DNA from: an uncultured Actinomycetota bacterium | GTDB taxonomy: Bacteria > Actinomycetota > Actinomycetes > Mycobacteriales > Mycobacteriaceae | Reading direction: 5' to 3' | NCBI GenBank assembly: GCA_963782405.1 | Contig: CAWAJX010000012.1 | Span: 103,794 to 167,793 of the forward strand | Length of the DNA stretch: 64,000 nt | Program-made: the position numbers and the translations under genes | The notes under the pieces: model-generated | What the model saw: only the letters and a program-made list of their open reading frames with translations | Database searches by the model: none | Told to the model about the DNA's origin: nothing | Shown: positions 47,907 to 57,569 of the stretch, in pieces | How positions within the stretch are numbered: position 1 is the first letter of the stretch | Layout: every line of letters starts with the position of its first letter

Positions 47907-47933
47907 AACCGGCCCCGCTCGCTCGTACCCCTG

Positions 47934-47963
47934 TGCCGACCGCGCCGCGCGGCGCGGTCGGCA
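47934..47963. terminator. GC-rich hairpin, probable terminator
   Basis: TGCCGACCGCGCC-GCGC-GGCGCGGTCGGCA perfect 13-bp stem downstream of the minus-strand tetR. Confidence 0.55.
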
Positions 47964-48049
47964 GTACGTGAAACATTATCGGCGCATCGTCGACGGCGGG
48001 CGGAGTCACCGGAACAGTTGCGTTTGGGCAACTCCGGTCGCCGCGGGCA

Positions 48050-48655
48050 TCAGCCGCGATCGTCCGCGGCGTTGCGCAAAGCGGCAATTCCGGTATCGAG
48101 TGCGGCTTCCAGGAACCCGATATCGCCGGTGGCCAGCAGGATGCTCACCCCGCCCTGGATCCCGGCCAGTAGCGCGGCCGCCGCGCGGTGCGGGTCGACC
48201 TCTCCCGCGATACTGCCGTCCGCCTGCATGATTCGCACGCCACGCTCGATTTCGCCGTGCCACTGTCGCAGTAGCTCCGCGGTGACCCGCTGGGCGCCCG
48301 GAGTGGTGCGGCCGAGTTCCGACATCAGCACCGACAGCGGGCAGAACTGCCCCTGCTGCCGGTAGCGGTCGACCACCACATCACGCCAGCGTTGCCAGGC
48401 CGCCCAGGAATCCAGCGCGCCGAGATGGGGTTGCTGATCGGTGAGCACCGCATCGGCTTCGTGCCGGGCCACCGCGAGCAGCAGTTGATCCTTGCCCTCC
48501 GGGAAATAGTGGAACAGTTGGCTTTTCGAGGTGCCGGTGCGTGCGCGGATATCGTCGAGTGTCGCCACGGCGACGCCGCGGGCCCGGATCTCGGCGGCCG
48601 CGCCCTCGATGATGCGACGGCGGGTGGCCGCCCCCTTGGCGGTTAATGGACTCAC
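48050..48655 (-). CDS. TetR-family regulator
   Basis: TLDDIRARTGTSKSQLFHYFPEGK. Confidence 0.9.
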   Translation of the reverse strand: MSPLTAKGAATRRRIIEGAAAEIRARGVAVATLDDIRARTGTSKSQLFHYFPEGKDQLLLAVARHEADAVLTDQQPHLGALDSWAAWQRWRDVVVDRYRQQGQFCPLSVLMSELGRTTPGAQRVTAELLRQWHGEIERGVRIMQADGSIAGEVDPHRAAAALLAGIQGGVSILLATGDIGFLEAALDTGIAALRNAADDRG

Positions 48656-48674
48656 CGGTCCATTGTAGGTGTGA

Positions 48675-49449
48675 TCAGGCCGCCTTCGATCGCGTCAACC
48701 CCCATTCCGCGGCGAGCAGCCGGTGCGAACGCAGCCGATCCTCGTGGCGATGCGTGACGCTGATGACCACCAGCTCGTCGGGACCGGTGAGCTCCTGCAG
48801 CGGCCGACAGCCGTTCGGCCACCGTCGCCGGCGAACCGACGAACTGGGTGGTCACGCGGTCGTGCACCAGGCGCTGCTGCTGTTCGGTCAACGCCGGCGC
48901 GGTATCGGGGTCGAGGTATTCCGCCGCGCCGGCACCGCTGCGGATGCTGTAGACCCAATGACCGTAGGTCGAGGCGAGATGAGCCGCGGTCGCGTCGTCG
49001 TCGGCCACGACCACATCCGCCGACACCACCGGATACGGCCGCTCGCGGTGCGCCGACGGCCGGAATGCGGAACGGTAGGCCTCCACGGTTTCGACGACGG
49101 TGCCGGGGGAGACATGGTAGTTCGCCGCGAACGGCAGTCCCAGCTTTCCGGCGAGCTGTGCGCTCTCCCCGGCCGAACTGCCGAACAGCCAGATCTGGAC
49201 GTCGGCGTCCTCGCCGGGGATGGCATGCAGTGCAATATCTTTCGAGCTGCGATAGTTGCCGTTCAGCAGATCGCGGATCTCGCGAACCTGCAACCCGTAG
49301 TCCAGCGGCTGTGTACCCGGCAGCTGGAGTGCCTCGAAACTCGCCGCCAGCCGGGCGGTGTCGAGCAGCCGGCCGGCGTTGAACGGCGGCGGGATCACGA
49401 CGCCGTCGCGGACCCGAGTGGGTCTGTCGGGCACCGGAGCCGGTGGCAC
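48675..49449 (-). pseudogene. LLM-class flavin monooxygenase, C-terminal remnant with a frameshift near 48800
   Basis: IWLFGSSAGESAQLAGKLGLPFAANYHVSP ... FVGSPATVAERL, then shifted LQELTGPDELVV...RLRSHRLLA; no N-terminus. Confidence 0.8.
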
Positions 49450-50717
49450 CCGGCCGAGCGCCGCTCCCGCCAGGACCGCGCGACCTCCGCCGGATCCTTG
49501 GCGTGCCGGACGCGGCCGCGGGTGATGGTCGCGTTGTCGACCGGATCAATATCGGGCAGCGGGCCGTCGGGATCATAGGCGGAAAGGTCACGGCCCCACA
49601 CCTGTTCGAGGAAGGCGATGGCCGTCTGCGGACCCACCTGACGCAATCGGATCTCGTGCGCCCGCTCCTGCGGGTCGGCGGCGGTGTCACCGAGCACGAA
49701 GGTCGCTGCCGGCAGGATCTTCAGATCGTCGCGATCGCGGCCGTACTTCGCGACCCGGGACTTCACATCGATGTAGAAGGCGCGGCCGTCCTCGAGTTCG
49801 CCGTGGCGGCTGAATACGGCGTCGGCCTTGGCCGCGGCGAATTCGCGGCCCTCCTCGGAATCGCCGGCCTGGATCTGGACCGGATACCCCTGCGGGCTCG
49901 CCGGGAGGCCGAAGGTGCCACGGATGTCGAACTGTGTTCCGCGATAGACGAATCGGGACGCCGGTACGTCGAATATTCCGCGTGCGCGGTCGACGACCGG
50001 CGTCCCGCCGACGCGACTGTCCCAGATCGCGCGGGTCGCGTCGATCACCTCCGCCGCACGGACATATCGCTGCGCGTGCTCGAGATATCCGCCGCGCCGG
50101 AAGTTCTCGCCGGTGAACGCGTCCGACGAGGTGACGGCATTCCAGGCGGCGCGGTCGCCGGAGAGGTGATCGAGAGTGGCGAACTGGCGGGCCAATTCGA
50201 AGGGTTCATTGAAGGTCGTATTGATGGTGCCGGCCAGGCCCAGCCGGGTGGTCACTCCGGCGAGCGCGTTGAGTACGGTGAAGGTGTCCGGGCGACCCAC
50301 CACATCGAGATCGAAGATCTGTCCCCGATGTTCGCGCAGGCGCAGCCCCTCGGCGAGATCGGGTGCGCTTATCCGGATCAGGTCGGCGCGGTGTACGGCC
50401 AGGCGAGTACTCGCCGCCGACCCGGCCCGCACGGCGACAGGTGGCTGCCCCTGGGGCGGCCGCGGAGTGATCGACGGGCCCTTGACCGAGAAGCGCTCAC
50501 CGGCGAAGTCGATGTAGTGCAGCCGGTCCCGGTCGATGAACCGTCCGGTCGACTCATCGCGGATCTCGGGCGTCGTCCCAGCTGTCCCAGTGATCGCGTC
50601 GAGCCAGTATCCGGCAGTGAACAGTTCCTCGGCACGGGAATCGGTTCGCCGCCACGACGCCGGGTGCACACCGGTACCGGACAATTCCACGCCGAGCAGA
50701 GGCGGGAACGACGACAT
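49450..50717 (-). pseudogene. Chimeric ORF: deleted LLM gene fused in frame to a truncated NtaA/DmoA-type monooxygenase
   Basis: LSGTGVHPASWR and FSVKGPSITPRPPQGQP (gene 1) joined at LAEG to LRLREHRG...GRPDT...NEPFELARQFATLDHLS...IQAGDSEEGR (gene 2), which lacks its C-terminus. Confidence 0.8.
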
Positions 50718-50977
50718 GGGGGACGTCCTTTCGATCGACACGAGACACCACGGTCGATACGGGCCACGGCGTGTGCGGGAGGAGGTATCCCGCGAATCGC
50801 TGGATGGGCAGAAGCCCAAACTATGGGAAATTGCCTGCGGCGTCGGCACTCTCGATCGCGGTGAATTCTATTCTTGTCCGCACCGATCGCGACCGGACCC
50901 GGCATCCGGGAATTCGCCGGTCACACCGCCCGCGAGTGCTTTCCCGATTCGCAGGCACGAGCTTCTAGGGTGACCTC

Positions 50978-51275
50978 ATGCCCGACAGTGGCGAGCCGAA
51001 CACTCCCACCACGACACCTGCGGTGCCGGCACCGTGTCGCGATCGCCTGCGGCGGTTCCGGAACTCGCCGTATCTGCCCGCGACGGTGCTGGTGTTCATC
51101 CTCGCGGTGGCGGCGGGGTTGTTCGCCGGTTCCTACACCTACATCCTGGCCAATCCGACCCCCCACCGGATTCCCGTGGCAGTGGTCGACGGCGATGTTC
51201 CGGTCCCGGCCGCCGGGCAGGGCGTGCTCGACGGGATGGACCGGGGCCTGAACGGGGCGTTGCACCAGCTCGAGC
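50978..51275 (+). pseudogene. N-terminal fragment of a DUF3533/ABC-2-like membrane protein
   Basis: LFAGSYTYILANPTPHRIPVAVV; similarity ends near 51270, where the antisense of an SBP fragment begins. Confidence 0.65.
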
Positions 51276-51512
51276 GTTGCCTGATTAACGGCGAAAGCCG
51301 TGCTGAACAGGACCCCGAACGACAGCCGTCGCCCGTCCTTCACCCGGATGCCGTCCCCGCCGGGCACCCATCCGGCCTGTTCCAGAATCCCGCGCGCCTG
51401 GTCCGGGTTGTAGCCGATCGAACTCGAAAGATCGACGTATGCCGGTGTTTTCGAGGCCAGTGCTCCGGTCGCGGGCAGGAACTGTGGTCCCAGTACGGTA
51501 TCCACCAGCCGC
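51265..51512 (-). pseudogene. Internal fragment of a family-5 ABC substrate-binding protein
   Basis: YNPDQARGILEQAGWVPGGDGIRVKDGRRL...LELVQ. Confidence 0.75.
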
Positions 51513-51696
51513 CTTCGACGACCACCAGCAGATCGCCGTGCGGGGCCGCGAAGTAGGCGGCCGGGTAGTTCACCAGATCCGCGTGCACCTCGCCGGCGCT
51601 GCCGCCGTAGCGACCGCTGTATTCGATGGCCAGTTCGGCCAGCAGTGGCGCGACCATCGGATCGTGCTGTTCGACGTGAAAGACACTGCATACCAT
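51505..51696 (-). pseudogene. N-terminal fragment of a GNAT acetyltransferase
   Basis: RBS GGAGG; HDPMVAPLLAELAIEYSGRYG...YFAAPHGDLLVVVEGG, after which the sequence switches to the SBP fragment. Confidence 0.65.
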
Positions 51697-51882
51697 GATG
51701 TTTCCTCCATCGGTCCCGGCGGTAGCACCCACACCCAGTCGGGGGGTTGCTGCGACGTCGGCGAGCCGGGTCTCTCGATCGCTCTGGATGGGCGAAACGT
51801 CACGCTAGGGGAATTCCGGTGCACCGTCAGTACTCTGGATCGCACTGAATCCAATCCTTGTCGCGGCCACCGGGCGGCGGTT

Positions 51883-52569
51883 TCATTGCCTGTGTCGCCC
51901 GGACCCGGCGAGCCCGCGCAGGGTACCCACCGGATCCCACGGTCCCGGCCGTCCGCGCGTGAGCGGGTAGCAGGCGAATCCGAGTGTCATGGCGCTGAAA
52001 TGGCCTATGTCGGTAAAGGTTCGGCTGGAGAACACCGGAATCGTGTAGATGGCGATCACCCCGACGAGATAGAGGTACCGCCAGGGCGACGCGATCCGAT
52101 ACACCAGCACTGCCACCACACCCGCCAGCGCATAACTCACGCCGTAATCGAGGGTGTTCACCGCGGAGTCCGGCGCGTAACCGTGATGGATGGCCCAGTA
52201 GAGGACCCCTTCGCTGATGTAGGTCGCGCCGACATGGGCGATCACCAGCACGCTGAGCCAGCGCAGTGTTCCCAGCCACCGCTCGGCCTGGGCATGGAAG
52301 ATGCTGTAGCTGACCGCGTACCCGAGCCACCCGCCGCCCGCGAGCCAGAACGCACTCGTGATCAATACCCGGACCGGGTCCTCGCGCAGGTGATGCAGAT
52401 TGGTCGACCGGTTGCCGAGTAGCGTCTCGGCGTCCGCAGGGGAGAGATGCCGCACCACCAGCGTCGACACCAGCAGGATGGCCAGCCAGATATAGGTCCC
52501 CGGCGCACTGCGCACGTACCGTGCGACGGAAACCGGCACGGCCTGCCATCGGAAGCCTGTTCGGGACAT
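51883..52569 (-). CDS. Rhomboid-like membrane protein
   Basis: STNLHHL...ITSAFW...AERWLG...HVGATYISEG...DYGVSY...FTDIGH. Confidence 0.85.
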   Translation of the reverse strand: MSRTGFRWQAVPVSVARYVRSAPGTYIWLAILLVSTLVVRHLSPADAETLLGNRSTNLHHLREDPVRVLITSAFWLAGGGWLGYAVSYSIFHAQAERWLGTLRWLSVLVIAHVGATYISEGVLYWAIHHGYAPDSAVNTLDYGVSYALAGVVAVLVYRIASPWRYLYLVGVIAIYTIPVFSSRTFTDIGHFSAMTLGFACYPLTRGRPGPWDPVGTLRGLAGSGRHRQ

Positions 52570-52862
52570 CGGACACCTTCCTGGCGGTCCGCGGTTCATC
52601 CCACTATCGGCGGTGTCCGGGTCCCCGCAATCACCCGTGCGGGGTGAGACGTGCGCGCACGGCACAGAATGCGGCTAATCCGACAAAATGCCTGGTCCGG
52701 CGGTGCCGGGCGAGCGAAGTCCCGCGCCGACACGTACTCTGCTGCTGCGGCGCGAAACCGGATTCGTGGTGTCCACTGGAGATGGTGTGCCTCGGGTGAT
52801 CCGGGCCGGTTGTGGTCCGGTGTGTGCGGCGCATGCGTGTGCGAGCAGAGGGCGGTGATGAC

Positions 52863-54059
52863 GTGCGTGAACGTCGATCTCTATTGGTGGTGTCGGCGAT
52901 CATGGCGGCGGTCGTCGTCCTGGCCGGAGGCTGCGGAAATTCCGGCGGCGGCACCTCGGCGGCGCCGGGGTCCAAGGCTCCGGAATTCACCGCGCCCGCA
53001 ACCATCGACGTACCCGCGGCCGATCACGGCCCGCTCAATCCGTCTATGCCGATCGTGGTGAATTCCCCGGACGGCATGCTCACCACGGTCACGGTCACCG
53101 ATGCGGACGGTAAGCCCGTGACCGGCGCCTTCGCCGCGGACCGGCACAGCTGGACGTCGAAGGACCCGCTCGGTTACGGGGTGAGCTACCGGGTCGCCGC
53201 GCAAGCGGTGGACCTGGCTCAGGTCGCGACCGACAAGACCTTCACCGTCAGCACCGTCGATGCCGCGCACAAGGCGTATGCAAACGTGGTGCCGGCGCCG
53301 GATGTGGTGGCCGACACCGGAATCGGCGTGGGCCAGCCGATGGCGTTCCAATTCACCGCACCGGTGTCGAACAAGGCCGAGGTGCAGAAACATCTGAAGA
53401 TCAGCGTCACCCCGGAGCAGCCCGGGTCGTGGTATTGGGTCGATGACAAGGATGTGCACTACCGCCCCGCCCGGTACTGGCAGCCGGGCACCAAGATTCA
53501 CATCGAGGCCGACGTGTTCGGTGTCGATCTGGGTGACGGCGTCTTCGGTGCGGAGAACAACACCGCCGACTACACCGTGCACGACGCTTGGGTCGCGAAG
53601 GCCGACGGTGGTACCGAACAGCTGACGATCTTCCACAACGGCGCGCAGGTGAATCAGATGCCGATGAGTCTGGGCTCACCAGGATTCCCCTCGCACGAAG
53701 GGCCGCATGTGATTTCGGAGAAGTCGCCCTCGATCGTCATGGACTCCTGCACCTACGGCGTGTGCCAGGGACAGGCCGGTTACTACCGGGAGAAGGTCGA
53801 TCTGGACGAGCGCATCTCCAATGACGGCGAGTTCGTGCACTCGGCGCCCTGGTCGGTCGGGCAGCAGGGATCCAGCAACGTGTCGCACGGCTGCGTGAAT
53901 CTGGCGCCGGACAATGCGCAGTGGTTCTTCGACCACTTCGGAATCGGTGACGTCGTCGAGATCACCAACTCCGGTGGCCCCACCCTCCCGGTCTGGGACA
54001 CCTACGGTGACTGGGAGGTGCCGTGGGACGTGTGGCAGGCGGGTAACGCGACCAGCTGA
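52863..54059 (+). CDS. L,D-transpeptidase lipoprotein (Ig-like domains + YkuD)
   Basis: LAGGC lipobox; YRPARYWQPG; FVHSAPW...SHGCVN catalytic motif. Confidence 0.95.
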   Translation: MRERRSLLVVSAIMAAVVVLAGGCGNSGGGTSAAPGSKAPEFTAPATIDVPAADHGPLNPSMPIVVNSPDGMLTTVTVTDADGKPVTGAFAADRHSWTSKDPLGYGVSYRVAAQAVDLAQVATDKTFTVSTVDAAHKAYANVVPAPDVVADTGIGVGQPMAFQFTAPVSNKAEVQKHLKISVTPEQPGSWYWVDDKDVHYRPARYWQPGTKIHIEADVFGVDLGDGVFGAENNTADYTVHDAWVAKADGGTEQLTIFHNGAQVNQMPMSLGSPGFPSHEGPHVISEKSPSIVMDSCTYGVCQGQAGYYREKVDLDERISNDGEFVHSAPWSVGQQGSSNVSHGCVNLAPDNAQWFFDHFGIGDVVEITNSGGPTLPVWDTYGDWEVPWDVWQAGNATS

Positions 54060-54081
54060 CCGTTGTCGCTACCATCGGGGC

Positions 54082-54522
54082 ATGGTGGCGAAGTGTGTGC
54101 GAATCGTTCCGTTGCTGGTCCTGCTGGCCGCGGGTGCCGCCTGCTCGGCGGGAACCGACGTCGCGCCGCCGGCCGCCGAGTCGGCCTCACCGGTGGGACA
54201 CAGTTATGAGTCGTCCACGGTCGAGGGAATACAGATCCCCGGTAACGGACCACTGCGGCTCACCTTCGGCGAACCCGACCGCATCAGCGCGAACGCCGGC
54301 TGCAACACCCTGATGGGCACGGCCGATCTGTCCGGTGGGACCGTGCGCACCGGGCTGCTCGCGAGCACCCGGATGGCCTGCGTCGGTGATCGCGAAGGCG
54401 CCGACGACTGGGCGAGCGCGCTGTTCCAGGCGACGCCGTCGTGGAGTCTCGACGGCCCGACCCTCACGCTGAAGTCCGCAGACCGCACCGTCACCCTGCA
54501 CGAGACGCCGAAGGCGAACTGA
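54082..54522 (+). CDS. META-domain lipoprotein
   Basis: AGAAC lipobox; ANAGCNTL...LASTRMAC. Confidence 0.85.
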   Translation: MVAKCVRIVPLLVLLAAGAACSAGTDVAPPAAESASPVGHSYESSTVEGIQIPGNGPLRLTFGEPDRISANAGCNTLMGTADLSGGTVRTGLLASTRMACVGDREGADDWASALFQATPSWSLDGPTLTLKSADRTVTLHETPKAN

Positions 54523-54780
54523 ACCGCCACCGACTTCTCGCACGTCGTCCTCGTCTCCCACGGCGCAGTCGAGTTGCCGAGCGCCGGGGCGTCGATCGGA
54601 ATCGGTGCGGGAGAGTATGTTTCGATCCCTGTTCGCGCGGATGCCGACGGGCGAATTCGCGCAGGTGGTCGGGTGCGTTTCGGATTTCGGAGCGCCGCAG
54701 CGTCTCTCACATGAGAGCGCCGGCAGGTCGTTCGCGGGAACGGCGGGTATTTTGTGGCCGGGGACGGCAGGATGGCGAGT

Positions 54781-56088
54781 ATGCGCGCATTGATTCAACT
54801 CCGTCCCTCATCCGATCTGATTGCCGCAGTAGCCGATCCGAACGTTTCGGTGGCCGCCTCCGATGTCACGGGGGAGCTGCCCGGATTCGATCTGGACCAG
54901 TCCTACACGCCACTGTCGCTGCCCGGGCCCGCCGGTGCCGCCCAAGCGGTCGCCGCGAATTCGGTGGTGGTGCGCGGCGAGATCGCCGATGCCGAACTCG
55001 ACGCCACCCTCGCCCGGCTGAACCGGAGCGGCGCCGTGGTCGGCGTCTTCTCCGATCCCCGGATCGAGAACAATCTCACCTGTGGTGGTGACGCGGCGGT
55101 CGGCACCGGCAGCGACGTCCAGAAATTGCTGCACAGTACCGATCTCGGGACCGCGGGGATGGACGGGCGCTCCGTCGCGCTGGCCATCGTCGATACCGGC
55201 ATCAATGCCGCACGCGTTCAGCAGGTTCGCGGGGGCCAGGTGAACATCAATGCCGCCCGTAGCTGGAATCCGCCGGGTGTATCCGGAACCGCGGGGCAGT
55301 TCTCGGTCGCGCACGGATCGATGTGCGCCTACGACGTACTGCTCGCCGCCCCCCAAGCGGTACTGCTCGATATCCCGGTGTTGCAGAGCAAGAAGCAGGG
55401 CAGCACGCAGATGGACGGGTTGCTGTCCGATGCCCTCGCGGGGTTCGCGCATCTGCGTACGGTGCTCACCGATCAGCCCGAGGCGAGCCGCGCGCTGGTG
55501 GTCAGCAACAGCTGGGGATCCTTCTCGCCCGACTGGGACTTCCCGGTGGGGCAGCCCGGTAACTATTCCGACAATCCGTCGCATCCGTTCAATGTGGTCG
55601 TCGGCTCGCTCGAGTCCGCCGGCGCCGACATCCTGTTCGCGGCGGGCAACTGTGGGCGGGACTGCCCGGACGGCCGGTGCGCCTACCAGGACCGCCCGAT
55701 CGGTGGCGCCAATTCGCATCCCGGCGTGCTCAGCATCGGCGGTGTGGACACCAAGGGACAGCGGGTCGGCTATTCCTCGCAGGGTCCCGGACGGCTGGCC
55801 GATCGCAAACCCGATATCTGCGCGTACACCCACTTCCTCGGCTCGAAGGTGTTCGGCGACAACGAACCCGACACCGGCACCTCGGCGGCCTGCCCGGTCG
55901 CGGCCGGACTCGTTGCCGCGATCCGCACGGTGTATCCGGCGAGCAAGGTCTCGCCCGCGCAGCTGCGCGCGGTACTGCAGCGCACGGCCGCCGCGCAGCC
56001 GGGTGGATTCGACTACGACTACGGATACGGTGTCGTCGACGCGGCGGCAGTACTCGCCGATCTGAAGAACACCGGCGTCCGCGCGTAG
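54781..56088 (+). CDS. S8 (subtilisin-like) serine peptidase, no signal peptide
   Basis: AIVDTG (Asp), HGSMCA (His), SNSWG, FAAGN, TGTSAACP (Ser). Confidence 0.9.
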   Translation: MRALIQLRPSSDLIAAVADPNVSVAASDVTGELPGFDLDQSYTPLSLPGPAGAAQAVAANSVVVRGEIADAELDATLARLNRSGAVVGVFSDPRIENNLTCGGDAAVGTGSDVQKLLHSTDLGTAGMDGRSVALAIVDTGINAARVQQVRGGQVNINAARSWNPPGVSGTAGQFSVAHGSMCAYDVLLAAPQAVLLDIPVLQSKKQGSTQMDGLLSDALAGFAHLRTVLTDQPEASRALVVSNSWGSFSPDWDFPVGQPGNYSDNPSHPFNVVVGSLESAGADILFAAGNCGRDCPDGRCAYQDRPIGGANSHPGVLSIGGVDTKGQRVGYSSQGPGRLADRKPDICAYTHFLGSKVFGDNEPDTGTSAACPVAAGLVAAIRTVYPASKVSPAQLRAVLQRTAAAQPGGFDYDYGYGVVDAAAVLADLKNTGVRA

Positions 56089-56097
56089 CCTGAACCC

Positions 56098-56361
56098 ATG
56101 CCGCTGCTCACTGTCCGGCTCCGCGCCGATGCCACCCTGACGGCGGCCTTGAGTGCTTTGGACCTCACCGACGACGAGGTCGATCTCGATTTCGGCCTCG
56201 TCGCGGTGGATCCGGACCAGCAGCTCTACGCCCTGCGGGTCACCGATACGGCCGCGAGCCGGTTCGCGGCCGACAGTTCAGGCGTCGCAGAGGTTTTCGC
56301 CGATCCGCGGATCGGCCCGGCCACATCACCGCCGGACGATCGAACCGACGAGAACAGCTGA
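56098..56361 (+). CDS. Small protein resembling the S8 peptidase pro-domain
   Basis: LLTVRLR...VFADPRIG versus peptidase ALIQLR...VFSDPRIE; starts 9 nt after the peptidase stop. Confidence 0.7.
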   Translation: MPLLTVRLRADATLTAALSALDLTDDEVDLDFGLVAVDPDQQLYALRVTDTAASRFAADSSGVAEVFADPRIGPATSPPDDRTDENS

Positions 56362-56551
56362 CCGTGCGCGATCTGACAGACAAGTTAATGTAACTCGCAG
56401 TTACACATAAATTTCCCCCCGCCCGAAGTGGGCTCCGGCCACTATACCCACACGCCGCATCGCAGTGAAACTTCACCGGTATCGCGACCGTGCCACGGAC
56501 AGAGAATCTCGCAGATATCCGCCGGATCCGGCGGACGAGATCGGCAGGGCG

Positions 56552-57298
56552 TCACAGGATCGCCGCGTCGGCGGGCAGCTGCTCGTCGGGGGAGTTCGAC
56601 ACGAGGGTGTGGTTGTTGTATCCGGCGATGGTTTCGGTCAGTGCGGTCACGGCTTCGCGATGGAGGGTCGACTTGATGTGTGCCAGCACCGGACCGCGGG
56701 TGTGGGCGAGTTGTTCGGCGTAGCGGACCGCGGATGGCAGTACGTCGGATTCCGCGGCGATCGCGTCGACCAGGTCGGCGGCCAGAGCCGAGCCGCCGCC
56801 GTATCGCTGCCCGGACACCAGTGCGTGATGTGCGATGTGCGACGGCACCCGGGACCGCATCAGTTCGACCGAGCCGCGAGCGTAATCCGCACCCAGGGTG
56901 ACTCCGGGAAAACAGATGTATCCCCGGTCCGCGCGCATAACGCGGTGATCGTGGGCCGCGGTCAGGAACGCACCGGCCCCGAAGGCATGGCCGTTCACCG
57001 CGGCCACGGTCGGCATCGGCAGGGTGAGGATCCGGGCGAGCAGGCCCTGTACCTCGCTGAGATACCGATCGATGTGATCGGGATTGGCGGCCCCCCACTC
57101 CAGATCGGCGCCGGTGGAGTAGAACTTGCCGTCACCGGCGGTCACGAGGGCCGCCGGACCTCTCGATGCCTCGGCTTCGTCGATGAGGGCGTGCAGAGCG
57201 GCGAGCCAATCGGGGTGGAAGCGGTTCTCGGTGTCGCGTTCCCCCTTCTCGCCCAGATACACGATGTAGACAGACCCTTCTCGACACAGATGCGGCAC
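56552..57298 (-). CDS. Enoyl-CoA hydratase/isomerase-family protein
   Basis: GKFYSTGADL; PTVAAVNGHAFGAG; DHRVMRADRG. Confidence 0.9.
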   Translation of the reverse strand: MPHLCREGSVYIVYLGEKGERDTENRFHPDWLAALHALIDEAEASRGPAALVTAGDGKFYSTGADLEWGAANPDHIDRYLSEVQGLLARILTLPMPTVAAVNGHAFGAGAFLTAAHDHRVMRADRGYICFPGVTLGADYARGSVELMRSRVPSHIAHHALVSGQRYGGGSALAADLVDAIAAESDVLPSAVRYAEQLAHTRGPVLAHIKSTLHREAVTALTETIAGYNNHTLVSNSPDEQLPADAAIL

Positions 57299-57569
57299 GC
57301 GGGCAATCTAGCGGCTATCGGAACAGGATCGGTGCCAACACACCGGGTTCGCGCTGGGTCCGTCGTAGCATCATGTGCGACCGAAGACATCCGAGCCGAG
57401 GCGCCGACCGGCGCATTGCCCGCACCGGCGACTCTCGTCGCGGATGCCGAAGGTGGACCGACAGCACCGTCGTCGGGGCCGACCCGGTAGCGTGGCGCCG
57501 CGCGCCGACGCTACCGACGGCCCTTGCGCGCTTCGCGTACCGATGGTTCGACATTTCGAAAGGAATTGT

